A stretch of 64,000 nt of DNA, taken from positions 1 to 64,000 of the IMG/VR virus record IMGVR_UViG_3300043399_000877. One strand, given 5' to 3'. The notes below the pieces were generated by a model that had not been told where the DNA came from, searched no databases, and saw only the letters and a list, made by a program, of their open reading frames with translations. Positions 1-8,989 of the stretch are shown here, piece after piece. How positions within the stretch are numbered: the stretch's first letter is position 1; each line of letters begins with the position of its first letter. The position numbers were made by a program, and so were the translations under genes.

Positions 1-858
1 GTCTTTGAGTTTTCCACCCCAGAGATCACGAGTTGCTGCATAAATGTCGAAACTGTCCGACACACATGCAAGGATCTTTCCGGGTCCGCCGAAGGTGTTA
101 AGCATATTTTCATATGCATCCACTTCACGATCACGGCCCCAGCTAGTAATAGTGCTATGTTCCGAAGCCGGAATACTGAAGCCAACCACTTCATCAGTGT
201 TGTAGTAGGCCATGACACCTTCGATGGCTTCAAACGTGTCGGTGCCCATGAAGTTGACAAGGTGTCCCATGCCGCCAAGGATTGCCGTTTCTCCCGAGCT
301 CGCACCGCGAGCACCGAAGTCGTGCAGCTTGAACATCAACTGATCCCGAACCGGAACATCAGACGTCTGTTCAAGATACTTTGCAATCACAACCTTCATC
401 TTGCGGCTCTTGGTCGCAACAGTGGAAGGATACCAAACGCCGCGCAGCATAATGGTCTCGATGTAGCTGGTCAACCACCACAGCCGTGGATCAGTGTTGA
501 CGACCTGCACCTGAACGTTGCGGGTTTCCATAACCGTACCTTCTGGCACAGCCTGGATTGCCAAAGGCAGCAAACCGCGGTATTCATTCACAATGATTTC
601 CCAACCAGCACGGTTAAACGGGAGCCCGTGTGCAGTAACAATGCGTTCTGCACGGTCGATGTCAGCCATCGTAATCGGCGTGGTCAGGTAGTCTTTCATG
701 AATGCTTGAAGGCCAAAAAATACCGACCGTTCTTCTCCACCGCGGCTCTCGATATAAGAGCTGATGTGAGTAGTTTCCGGAGGGTATTGCATCCACTGGC
801 TGAATTTGTAGCTATCGGTTCTAACGATAGTGCTGATGAAACTTAGTACTGTTTTCAT
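1..858 (-). CDS. nadV: Nicotinamide phosphoribosyltransferase (Nampt/NadV), truncated by window edge
   Basis: Not in the ORF track because it runs off the edge. Manual translation from ATG 858 (RBS AGGAG): MKTVLSFISTIVRTDSYKFSQWMQYP...SYIESRG...LHDFGARG...GTDT...SIPASEHSTITSWG...VSDSFD, all Nampt motifs. Confidence 0.95.
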   Translation of the reverse strand, partial: MKTVLSFISTIVRTDSYKFSQWMQYPPETTHISSYIESRGGEERSVFFGLQAFMKDYLTTPITMADIDRAERIVTAHGLPFNRAGWEIIVNEYRGLLPLAIQAVPEGTVMETRNVQVQVVNTDPRLWWLTSYIETIMLRGVWYPSTVATKSRKMKVVIAKYLEQTSDVPVRDQLMFKLHDFGARGASSGETAILGGMGHLVNFMGTDTFEAIEGVMAYYNTDEVVGFSIPASEHSTITSWGRDREVDAYENMLNTFGGPGKILACVSDSFDIYAATRDLWGGKLKD

Positions 859-910
859 TTTAGAACTCCTCTAAATGTTATGCGCCTGCTCACTGCTGGC
901 GGCTTTGTTG

Positions 911-935
911 GTGTGGGCGACTCTCTCGCCCACAC
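911..935 (-). terminator. 10-bp hairpin between ORF 938-1492 and nadV
   Basis: GTGTGGGCGA(911-920)/TCGCCCACAC(926-935) perfect inverted repeat; no U-tract on the minus strand. Confidence 0.4.
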
Positions 936-937
936 TG

Positions 938-1492
938 TTAAAGTTCTTCAGTAAGAACCTTAATTCCTTTGAAAGTGCTGTTTGCACCTTTGTTTTTGGT
1001 ATCAACGGCAGTCACCATAGCGATCTCTACCTTATCAGCACCGTTACCGGTATAGATAAGCACATCGCCTTTCTTGAACTTCCCGGGCTCCCCTTGGAAG
1101 TGTTGGTCACGGCCGTTGACGCGTACCTTGAAAGTGTAAGGAACAACCTCTTCCAGCTGAGCTTTGTCAGCAAGGATAATCTCGTTGGTTCCTTTGACTT
1201 CTATCAGGAACTTGTTCTGACTGTTGGTTCCCACATGCACACCGTACACAATGGTACCATCTTCCCTTGTCAGACTATATAGTGTCTTGCTGTCTGCCAC
1301 GTCATTCTCCTCGTAAATCTTAATTCTTGAACAATCAAACCTAACGCTTGTGCCGTTATGCAAGTACTTTGCATTCACATAACCTGTATTACCATATGTG
1401 GTAACATTGTTATAGGCATAGGTAACCTGAGCGGGTCTCTTGCCGTTGTGTGCGATAACAATATCACCTGCTTTATACTTAATGTCGCTCAT
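938..1492 (-). CDS. Hypothetical phage protein
   Basis: 184-aa ORF downstream of a TTGACA promoter-like site (~1540). Confidence 0.8.
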   Translation of the reverse strand: MSDIKYKAGDIVIAHNGKRPAQVTYAYNNVTTYGNTGYVNAKYLHNGTSVRFDCSRIKIYEENDVADSKTLYSLTREDGTIVYGVHVGTNSQNKFLIEVKGTNEIILADKAQLEEVVPYTFKVRVNGRDQHFQGEPGKFKKGDVLIYTGNGADKVEIAMVTAVDTKNKGANSTFKGIKVLTEEL

Positions 1493-1518
1493 GTTCTACC
1501 TCATGTTTATAATGCATA

Positions 1519-1836
1519 TTACGCTGCATTGCTGGTATTGTCAACAGTTATTTCATCTCGCCACTCACTGCCGCTGCGGTATTGTTTCAGAGTGCGATAG
1601 TTTACGGGCCAGTCATTAAGGCCGAGGTCTGTAAGTTCACTACAGCATGGGCATTTGAAAGTCACTGCCGGATCGCGTGATCCCCAGCTATCACCGGGGA
1701 CTCCGGGGTAGTATCTGAGGTCGTCAAAATCCACTTGCAGTAGTGCATTGCAACCTTTACCACCGTTGCCCCAACCGGTGCAACGGTGTTTAATGGTCCA
1801 GTTTTCACCACGTATTCCAGGTTCAAGAATTTTCAT
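1519..1836 (-). CDS. Hypothetical protein with two CxxC-like motifs
   Basis: Likely start MKILEPG at 1836, overlapping the upstream gene stop; C-T-G...C and CPCC. Confidence 0.7.
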   Translation of the reverse strand: MKILEPGIRGENWTIKHRCTGWGNGGKGCNALLQVDFDDLRYYPGVPGDSWGSRDPAVTFKCPCCSELTDLGLNDWPVNYRTLKQYRSGSEWRDEITVDNTSNAA

Positions 1837-2050
1837 TTGATTGCCCATCCACAAAAGCGACACACAGGTCTTCCCAGTATGCAACGTCACTGACGTCCGG
1901 CCCAAAAACGGCCCCATACGCAAGTGCAACCGGTTTGCTGAACAGGATGTCGCCACCCTGTTCAATTTCTAGTTTACCAGTTGACCCGGATTCTCGAACA
2001 ACCCGGCAATGGTACTGATCATCCAGACGTGCTTCCCAAACTTTTTCCAT
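1823..2050 (-). CDS. Hypothetical protein
   Basis: Likely start MEKVWEA at 2050, directly after the nadM stop. Confidence 0.7.
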   Translation of the reverse strand: MEKVWEARLDDQYHCRVVRESGSTGKLEIEQGGDILFSKPVALAYGAVFGPDVSDVAYWEDLCVAFVDGQSNENS

Positions 2051-2054
2051 GTTT

Positions 2055-3080
2055 TTACCCAATGTTAACAAAATGATCGATAATGTGGAAGTGATCTTCA
2101 AACATAAGTTCTTGTTTCACTTCGTGGAACGGTACCCAAAATGCCTTTTCAGCATCGTCCGAACCTTTGACTTTCGGCAGTTCTTCTGCAAAACCGAGGT
2201 CGATGTAAAACGCCTGAGTAATGGTACGCCCACGTTGGCTGCGGTTCGGAGCATCGAAGGTTCGAGAATCACGGATGCTACCACGCAGCACCGGAACCGG
2301 AACCTTGATCTTAGTTTCTTCACGAAGTTCACGCAGCGCACCGTCTAGCATGGTTTCGCCTTGGTTAAGGAAGCCACCGGGCAGTGCCCAGAGTCCTTTA
2401 CCCGGCATGTCACCGCGCTTAACAAGCAGAATGTGACCGCTTTGTACAACCACAGCATCAACAGTCATGAAGGTCGGCGGGAACGGAGCAACTTTCCACG
2501 CTTCCTTGTACTTCTTAACCATATGGTATTCGTCATACAGAGTGTTGAACCATGAACCAGAAGCGAACGAATGTTGCATTTTAGTAAAAGCAATATCTGG
2601 CATGCTCTTGTAGGCTACAGAAGAATCACCTTCAAAAAGAGCGTTACGAATATCAGTTGCGTTGATACCATCAACGTTAGGAACACTCACGTTGCCCCAG
2701 CCCAGCGGCTTGAAGATTTTCAGGTAGTAGCTGCTTCCGTCTTTTTCGTGGCCAATAAGACCGATACGGATTGGATCGGCACTCCAAGCAAGTGCGCCAT
2801 GAACGACGTTCTGCACTGCGCGAACCCACTTGTTGTCGTCGTACGGGTAATCGCTGACCGGAACAACTTTAACGTTGTTGTCCGGGAACACAGATTTAAT
2901 CATCTGTCTGCGTTCTTCAAATGTAAAGGGATTTCGAATATTTCGTGAAGCAAAGCTGGAACCAACAACAATGATTACTTCTCGTGCTTGCTTGATTGCG
3001 GCATCAATGATTGCCCGGTGTCCATTGTGAAACGGCTGGAACCTGCCAATAAAGACTAGTGCGTCATATTTCATTTGCAA
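2055..3080 (-). CDS. nadM: Bifunctional NMN adenylyltransferase / Nudix ADP-ribose pyrophosphatase (NadM-Nudix, NatV-like)
   Basis: N-terminal FIGRFQPFHNGH (HxGH) and NPFTFEER; C-terminal Nudix box GGFLNQGETMLDGALRELREET. Confidence 0.95.
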   Translation of the reverse strand: MQMKYDALVFIGRFQPFHNGHRAIIDAAIKQAREVIIVVGSSFASRNIRNPFTFEERRQMIKSVFPDNNVKVVPVSDYPYDDNKWVRAVQNVVHGALAWSADPIRIGLIGHEKDGSSYYLKIFKPLGWGNVSVPNVDGINATDIRNALFEGDSSVAYKSMPDIAFTKMQHSFASGSWFNTLYDEYHMVKKYKEAWKVAPFPPTFMTVDAVVVQSGHILLVKRGDMPGKGLWALPGGFLNQGETMLDGALRELREETKIKVPVPVLRGSIRDSRTFDAPNRSQRGRTITQAFYIDLGFAEELPKVKGSDDAEKAFWVPFHEVKQELMFEDHFHIIDHFVNIG

Positions 3081-3151
3081 AAACTCCTTTTGCGGTTAAA
3101 TGCATGCCTCTCTGGCTTGCAGTATATTTATACAGGAATGTCGCACACATG

Positions 3152-3772
3152 TCAAGAAAGATTGTGAAACTTTCCCAATGCAAGTTCATTGATTGCACAG
3201 GTCATTCTGACACCGGCACTGACTTGGCGCCAAAAATCAGCATGATCAGGATCAGCATACTGATTTTGCTCGACTCTCGGCAGCATCTTTCGCATAAACT
3301 CAAGATTTCCGTTCATACAAACCTGCATGTCTTTATCGTAGAGACTCATGCTTTCACGAACTATATTCCCGTGATTCACATAAACCTGCAATGGTTGCGC
3401 GAGTTGATGAAGATCACCGCGCACCATAGCAGCATGCCGCGTATCTGTAATTTCGTGACTGACAGTTGCCATGGTTTCGTAATATACGTCTGACCACAAC
3501 TGGCGACTCATTCCACGATCTTGTGCCAATTCGATAAAGAATTCAGCACTACGAAGTTCTTTTTCTGGTTCGGGATCGTAAACTACATCGTGAACTAAAA
3601 CAGCCCAATCTGTTGATTCACGATATGGTTCAGCCACCGCATCAAAATAATTGTAGATACTGACGATGTGGTTTATATTGTGATAGCGGAGTGAATACCG
3701 TTCGGTATTGTCCTGAATGCGGCCGCGCAACATGGCCGCCAGTTCAGTGTTCTGAATACGACTCCATCTCAT
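3152..3772 (-). CDS. HD-domain metal-dependent phosphohydrolase-like protein
   Basis: RYHNINHI and VLVHDVVYDP...ELRSAE motifs. Confidence 0.7.
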   Translation of the reverse strand: MRWSRIQNTELAAMLRGRIQDNTERYSLRYHNINHIVSIYNYFDAVAEPYRESTDWAVLVHDVVYDPEPEKELRSAEFFIELAQDRGMSRQLWSDVYYETMATVSHEITDTRHAAMVRGDLHQLAQPLQVYVNHGNIVRESMSLYDKDMQVCMNGNLEFMRKMLPRVEQNQYADPDHADFWRQVSAGVRMTCAINELALGKFHNLS

Positions 3773-4266
3773 ACTGGTTCAAACTCAATCTGGTTGCAGT
3801 CTGCAAGCTTCACCCAAAACCTCGGTTTTTTCTTAAAAATGGCTTGTGGGTGTTTTTGCAGGTAGAAAGTAATCGAACTCCAATCGCTGGAACCTTTGCG
3901 AATATATATCCGATCAATTGTTAATTCAGACCCCGCAGGCAATGTTGCATCAATTTTAAAAGTTCTGAAGTTGACGTTATAAACAGTGTTTCTCAAAGTC
4001 TGCATTTCTTCGTATTCTTCTGCAGATAAAATTTGTTTTTGGTATCCGTAAATGTATCCTGCCTTGCGTTCCAGAACGTGCATACGATCACGAAGTGCGT
4101 CACACTCGGCCCGCTTGCGAACAACACCTGGATCCTCGTCTCCTTTAAAGAGGTCCCAGAGGCTTCGATTGCGGTACTCTTCAATAAGTTCAAAATTCCA
4201 GTCTTGGAGAAGACGGAAACCATCACCAATTTCAGGAATATACATTTTCATTTGAAAAAGTCCCAT
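3769..4266 (-). CDS. Hypothetical phage protein
   Basis: 165-aa ORF overlapping its neighbours in operon fashion. Confidence 0.75.
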   Translation of the reverse strand: MGLFQMKMYIPEIGDGFRLLQDWNFELIEEYRNRSLWDLFKGDEDPGVVRKRAECDALRDRMHVLERKAGYIYGYQKQILSAEEYEEMQTLRNTVYNVNFRTFKIDATLPAGSELTIDRIYIRKGSSDWSSITFYLQKHPQAIFKKKPRFWVKLADCNQIEFEPV

Positions 4267-4541
4267 GTTTTGAGTTTATGCCAGTATGTATAGTAATCGT
4301 TTTCCAGTTGCACAAAGAATCTCTTTATCTTATGGCAAATGGTATTTGGCCTCAGAGATTTTTGATTCCAGTCCCTAGTTACTGACTCAATTGCCTCGTC
4401 TTCGGTTTCTTCGACAAACGTTCCGCCCTGAGCTGCACAGTGCAAACACCGGGCATGTGCTTCAAAATCAAGCCCGCACACATATCGAACTATTTCAATT
4501 TCATCAGATCCGCAAAACGGACAAAAATCAAGGTTTTTCAA
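4248..4541 (-). CDS. Lar-like (restriction alleviation) Zn-ribbon protein
   Basis: LDFCPFCGS...ARCLHCAAQG...WNQ pattern. Confidence 0.65.
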   Translation of the reverse strand: MKNLDFCPFCGSDEIEIVRYVCGLDFEAHARCLHCAAQGGTFVEETEDEAIESVTRDWNQKSLRPNTICHKIKRFFVQLENDYYTYWHKLKTWDFFK

Positions 4542-5536
4542 TATTCAGCCGCCATGTCCTTGCCGAGATAGATACCAACCATACTAAACAGGTCATCTTC
4601 CCCGTCGTCATCGTCGTACTCGGATTCACGAGCATTCATAACATCGTTCATAACCGAGTTCAAGAACCGGTATTCCGGGTACTCCTCACTCTGACTACCC
4701 ATGTGCATGACCGGAAGCCAAGTTTTACGAGTGCATTCCATCATGCTGTTGACCATTACACCCACCATAAACGTGCGAATGAACTCCACAGCTTCGTCAA
4801 GTTTTCCTTCTTCGATAAAATTGAAAATGCACTCGCGACCATTGAGCAAGTCCCAAAACTCGAAGTTCTCAAATGCGCGGAAAGTGCTACTGAGAATGTG
4901 TTTTTCAGACGCAAAAAAGTCTCGTCTAAAATAACGAACGATCATCTTGTCTTCTTTGCCCAGAGCGGCAACAGCCGCGGCTGCACTAGCAACAAAATCG
5001 GGCAGCAAGGCCGCCAGTTTTGCATAGGTAACGTTTTTAATGTAATACTGATCAGATTCAAAACCGGCAGGAACGACCCCTTCTTTGCCCTTCCACATAT
5101 CAAATGTCCATTCGTTCCACATACGATCCACAACATCCTTGCGAATCATAGTGAAGTAAACCGGTCGATCAGTCCCACCAAAGCCGCGAACAAACAACCG
5201 ATTTTCGTGGACAGCTTCAAAAAACTTTTCATCGTCAAAGTCGTCACGTTTGACGGCAATGTCGTGATACTGGTTTTCACCAACCTCAAGTTCAACCAAT
5301 TCACGGCGAAGTTCTTCCACGATAAATTTGAGAGCGACACCGTTACAGCCTTCAGCGCCGCCATAGTCGTTGTATTTGGCAGCAAACGGGACCAGAACCG
5401 GTTGGTACAGAGCAGTACTGTAGCAGTGGCTACGATACTTACTCAAGTCGCGTTCACGAATAGGAAATACGTAAACTTCTTCCCCGGAGATAATCGGCAA
5501 ATTGGTAAGTCCGCAAGTGTTATTCCAGCTGCCCAT
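4538..5536 (-). CDS. Hypothetical phage protein
   Basis: 332-aa ORF starting MGSWNNTCGLTNLPI; ATGA overlap with the downstream gene. Confidence 0.8.
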   Translation of the reverse strand: MGSWNNTCGLTNLPIISGEEVYVFPIRERDLSKYRSHCYSTALYQPVLVPFAAKYNDYGGAEGCNGVALKFIVEELRRELVELEVGENQYHDIAVKRDDFDDEKFFEAVHENRLFVRGFGGTDRPVYFTMIRKDVVDRMWNEWTFDMWKGKEGVVPAGFESDQYYIKNVTYAKLAALLPDFVASAAAAVAALGKEDKMIVRYFRRDFFASEKHILSSTFRAFENFEFWDLLNGRECIFNFIEEGKLDEAVEFIRTFMVGVMVNSMMECTRKTWLPVMHMGSQSEEYPEYRFLNSVMNDVMNARESEYDDDDGEDDLFSMVGIYLGKDMAAEY

Positions 5537-5580
5537 GGCATCCTCGTGTTGCTAATGTTTAAAAGAAAACTACAGCATGT

Positions 5581-6135
5581 TTATGCTGTAGTCAATATTT
5601 TATTCGCTTTCTCAGCAAGTTCTTCGATCGGGACCGGCCGGTATCCAACTGCTTCAACACTCACGTTAATGTATCTGCCTTCCGGGCTGGGATTTTGATG
5701 TATATGTCCGTGGACGTTTACCATAAAATTGCCACTGCCCGGGGCACCGGTTTCGTGTTGGCTTTGATGCAGCGGAATATGGCTTAAGTGCAATTTGAAA
5801 TCACGGAACTTACGTTCCAGATAAATGCTCTTAAAAAATCCACCGCTGGCCATAAACTTGATGTCGTCGTGATTTCCAACGATTAAGTTTTTGCTGCCGT
5901 TAAATCGCGGCCAGATGCGTTTAAATTTATCCCTATCACCTATAAAAACGTCTCCGAGGTGATAAACTTTATCACCGGGTTTTACAACGCTGTTCCAGGT
6001 ATCCAGCATAAACTCGTCCATTTGATCTACATTGTCAAATTCCGGACGAACTCGTAAGCCGGTCTTACTATCTACAAAATTCAGTATATTTGCGTGATGT
6101 AAGTGTGTGTCTGATATTACGTAGATATCTCCCAT
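5581..6135 (-). CDS. Calcineurin-like metallophosphoesterase
   Basis: SDTHLHH, HLGDV, GNHD and HGHIH motifs. Confidence 0.9.
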   Translation of the reverse strand: MGDIYVISDTHLHHANILNFVDSKTGLRVRPEFDNVDQMDEFMLDTWNSVVKPGDKVYHLGDVFIGDRDKFKRIWPRFNGSKNLIVGNHDDIKFMASGGFFKSIYLERKFRDFKLHLSHIPLHQSQHETGAPGSGNFMVNVHGHIHQNPSPEGRYINVSVEAVGYRPVPIEELAEKANKILTTA

Positions 6136-6638
6136 GTTTCCATTCCATACATATTATATTTGACCACACGGTCAAATCCTTCACTGAGAGCCGGTTCCAC
6201 ATAGCTGTCGCACATGCTCTCGATAATGTGTCCCGGGATAGTCTTTCCCGGGCGATTCTCCAGTCGCCACTGCCAGTCACTGATCTGACTGTCACCCTGC
6301 GGCGGTTCAACAACCCAGCACTCGCGACGATATTCGCGAGGGAACCGGTTCAAAATGCTTTCACGCTTGCGAGCGCTGAGATTGGTCTGATCCCAGATAA
6401 CATCTTGACCAGTTTCAATAGCAGTACGAAGGCGACCGTTCATTTCAGTTGTTGCTTTTTTGATGTACTTGCTAAATGCAAAATCATAACTCCAACCCTG
6501 CCCGGCAGCCCATTCTTCAATAAGATTGTCGGTGCTGTAGACAAAAGTGCGGTCTCCACGATCGCGCAGGACAGTGTTCACCAAGGTGCTTTTGCCGGTA
6601 CCGGGAAGACCGACCATAACATAGAGCGTGGGCAACAT
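6117..6638 (-). CDS. AAA_33 family P-loop kinase (polynucleotide kinase-like)
   Basis: Walker A GLPGTGKST, STD, WDQTNL...R motifs. Confidence 0.85.
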   Translation of the reverse strand: MLPTLYVMVGLPGTGKSTLVNTVLRDRGDRTFVYSTDNLIEEWAAGQGWSYDFAFSKYIKKATTEMNGRLRTAIETGQDVIWDQTNLSARKRESILNRFPREYRRECWVVEPPQGDSQISDWQWRLENRPGKTIPGHIIESMCDSYVEPALSEGFDRVVKYNMYGMETWEIST

Positions 6639-6641
6639 TTT

Positions 6642-6887
6642 TTAATCCTTTATCATGTATCTGCCATATTTCATAGACAGAAAAGTTTGCTCTCGTTCAG
6701 TAAACTGGCTCCAGTCTATCTGGGAAACCCATTCATCGTAACTCATGGGCGTGTTGTTTAGATAAAACGCTGAACGACCATCTGGGAATATCACTGCTGG
6801 CCCAGTTTCATTATGTAGCCCACCACGGGCTACATAGAGAACGGAACCGTCACTTGTTGTTATTGGCGTTGCGTTTTTTCCATTCAT
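6642..6887 (-). CDS. Hypothetical protein
   Basis: LHNETGPAVIFPDG repeat-like motif common in phage proteins; start uncertain. Confidence 0.6.
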   Translation of the reverse strand: MNGKNATPITTSDGSVLYVARGGLHNETGPAVIFPDGRSAFYLNNTPMSYDEWVSQIDWSQFTEREQTFLSMKYGRYMIKD

Positions 6888-7212
6888 CTTCTTTGAACTT
6901 TTTTACATCAACTATTGCTGCTTTGAGGGTTTCGGCATAGTTAAGTGCCGATTGCTCTTTAAGAACAATAGTAGTTTCCATTTCAGCATAGCCCTTTGTA
7001 AGAATCTGCCAAATTTGACTCCAGCGATTACGCTGCCACCATTTGGTATGATTTTTCATATACACATTAACTTGTACACCAAAATCATCTGCTTCAACTT
7101 CAACTTCATGGCTGCAAACGTCATTACCACAATCGCAGCGAACATGGTACCACTTGCTGTCGCCCCACTCGTTGGTTTTAAGAATGCCTTCTGCTGGCCG
7201 TTGTGCTCGCAT
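6850..7212 (-). CDS. Hypothetical protein
   Basis: 120-aa ORF in operon context, CDCGNDVCSH motif. Confidence 0.7.
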   Translation of the reverse strand: MRAQRPAEGILKTNEWGDSKWYHVRCDCGNDVCSHEVEVEADDFGVQVNVYMKNHTKWWQRNRWSQIWQILTKGYAEMETTIVLKEQSALNYAETLKAAIVDVKKFKEDEWKKRNANNNK

Positions 7213-7215
7213 CGT

Positions 7216-7587
7216 TTACTCCAAAGGAACTTCTGTCAGTCCGTGTTCACGGTCCAGGTATTTGTATTCTACCTTGACTGGCTCGAATTGCTCGAGATAG
7301 CGGAAGATTATACTGGTATCCAAAGGACCGCAAGTATAAACATCCAGTTGCAACAGTCCGGGATCGGTTTCGTCCCACACATGCATGGCTACATGACTGG
7401 TCTCGATAATTGCAGCAACAGTGAGACCACGATTGCCCACGACATCCAGGTATTTTGCAAAAGGTCCAATCAAGACCTTCATGCCGATATCTCGAATGAG
7501 ATCCCCGATCCATTCAACGATCCGCCCTTCGTCACGGGGAGGATTTTTAACTTCTGCTCTAACAACCAAATGCTTATGTACTAACAT
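7216..7587 (-). CDS. speD: S-adenosylmethionine decarboxylase proenzyme
   Basis: IETSHVAMHVWDE...LQLDVYTCG, AdoMetDC self-cleavage and catalytic motifs. Confidence 0.85.
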   Translation of the reverse strand: MLVHKHLVVRAEVKNPPRDEGRIVEWIGDLIRDIGMKVLIGPFAKYLDVVGNRGLTVAAIIETSHVAMHVWDETDPGLLQLDVYTCGPLDTSIIFRYLEQFEPVKVEYKYLDREHGLTEVPLE

Positions 7588-7595
7588 TCTATCTC

Positions 7596-7796
7596 CTAAT
7601 GAACTGTATAAACGCCATAATGGGTCTGGATTTTACCGGCTATTGCGTCATATAACCGATCTCGGACAGCCAGTATTTCATCGTCACTTACCCATTTAGC
7701 TTCGAGTTCACCATCGATTACTGCCTGTATTCTTTTTATGTCAATGTCGGTCAATTGATGTTCGACATTGGTCTGTTTTGTTGAGCGTTTCTTCAA
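7596..7796 (-). CDS. Hypothetical protein
   Basis: Small ORF; its TAG stop overlaps the AGGAG RBS of speD. Confidence 0.65.
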   Translation of the reverse strand: MKKRSTKQTNVEHQLTDIDIKRIQAVIDGELEAKWVSDDEILAVRDRLYDAIAGKIQTHYGVYTVH

Positions 7797-7804
7797 ATCT
7801 TCAC

Positions 7805-8287
7805 CTAAATATATACTCTTACGTCAGTAATACCGCTAGTGCCAACACTATAGGAGTCGCTGAACTTTGTCAATACATTTTTTAGTTCTGCATCAGAAAC
7901 GCGATATAGTTCGCGTTGTCCTTGACTGCCGACAAAATGATGGTCTTTTAACAACTTGTGAAATACAGATTCTAAATGCCAGCTGTCACGATCAGTTTCA
8001 ACCATTATTTGTGCATATATTCTAAAATCTATACCGGATTGATTCCGTCCACGAGCTATGGTTTCTGTATATTTTGCTCGTCCCATTTTCACAGGGCCGC
8101 GAGCAAGAATTCCAGTTTCATGATCGTGTAAATGCGCTCTACCAATGTAAACGCAGTATTCTGCGTTTTCCGGCGTCTCAGTTCTACCTGCTGGTATCCC
8201 TTCGTCAAGTCTTCGTTGTTTTAACTCTTTATACCCTTTGCCTTGCATCACCATACCATTTACTATACCCCAATTTTTCAAATACAC
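7805..8287 (-). CDS. Hypothetical protein, GIY-YIG/T5orf172-like
   Basis: VYIGRA...VKMGRA...LESVFH...RELY pattern. Confidence 0.55.
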   Translation of the reverse strand: MYLKNWGIVNGMVMQGKGYKELKQRRLDEGIPAGRTETPENAEYCVYIGRAHLHDHETGILARGPVKMGRAKYTETIARGRNQSGIDFRIYAQIMVETDRDSWHLESVFHKLLKDHHFVGSQGQRELYRVSDAELKNVLTKFSDSYSVGTSGITDVRVYI

Positions 8288-8882
8288 TGTCCGGTATTGA
8301 GGCGTTGACTATTGCCACTTGTTGAGCAGTAAGTCTGACCGGTCTTTGATCGAGATAATACTCAATCATACTATCCTGAAAACCCTCGGACATAAACAAC
8401 GATCCGGGTTCAGGAACTTGCCAAATCACGCGATCGCGGGAAACTGGCAAACGTTCTCTAAGGCGCTCACGGCCTTGATAGGTTACTATGTCCTCGTAAC
8501 GCAGCAACAGCACGTTGGGCTTGTCAGCGAGCGCGAGCCAGCGCTCTGCGTGTAGGGCGTACAGTGCAGCTAGCCTGCGCAAGTTAATGCTGTCGTGCCC
8601 AGCTAGAGCCTCTGCGTCTGTGCTGTCTTGCAGCCCATAGTCATGAAAACAAACCAGCATGTCTGCTGGTTCTCTAAAAACCACACTCTCTGTCCAAGTG
8701 TAGGGGTTTTTGTATATTAACAATACTGTTTCTTGAGTTTGTTTTATCTCTTCTGGAACTTCTAGACTGTGTTTCCAGGTTCCAGGTCCATTGAGCCAAC
8801 CGGCTGAGAAAGTATTTCTCAGCAGGTGGTCTAAGAAAGTTGTTCCTGAACGTTGTAATCCGAAAGTATAATGTTTAAACAT
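8229..8882 (-). CDS. Sulfotransferase-like protein
   Basis: PAPS-binding-like FGLQRSGTTFL, YKNPYTW, LRYEDI. Confidence 0.7.
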   Translation of the reverse strand: MFKHYTFGLQRSGTTFLDHLLRNTFSAGWLNGPGTWKHSLEVPEEIKQTQETVLLIYKNPYTWTESVVFREPADMLVCFHDYGLQDSTDAEALAGHDSINLRRLAALYALHAERWLALADKPNVLLLRYEDIVTYQGRERLRERLPVSRDRVIWQVPEPGSLFMSEGFQDSMIEYYLDQRPVRLTAQQVAIVNASIPDSVFEKLGYSKWYGDARQRV

Positions 8883-8902
8883 GCATTATTTATTGTCGGT
8901 TA

Positions 8903-8989
8903 TGGTGCCCGTGGAGGGACTTGAACCCCCACTCCTGTTACGGAAACGGATTTTGAATCCGCCGCGTCTACCAATTCCACCACACGGGC
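8903..8989 (-). tRNA. tRNA-Leu(CAA)
   Basis: Cloverleaf GCCCGTG...GCGGA-TT-CAA-AA-TCCGT, long variable arm, encoded CCA. Confidence 0.95.

Noticed and set aside
157-846. 229-aa plus-strand ORF
   Set aside because: Antisense shadow of nadV, which has clear family motifs.
4391-5698. 435-aa plus-strand ORF and similar long plus-strand ORFs (e.g. 6090-6761, 13525-14115, 22695-23489, 31392-32168)
   Set aside because: Antisense shadows of well-supported minus-strand genes; no motifs or RBS.
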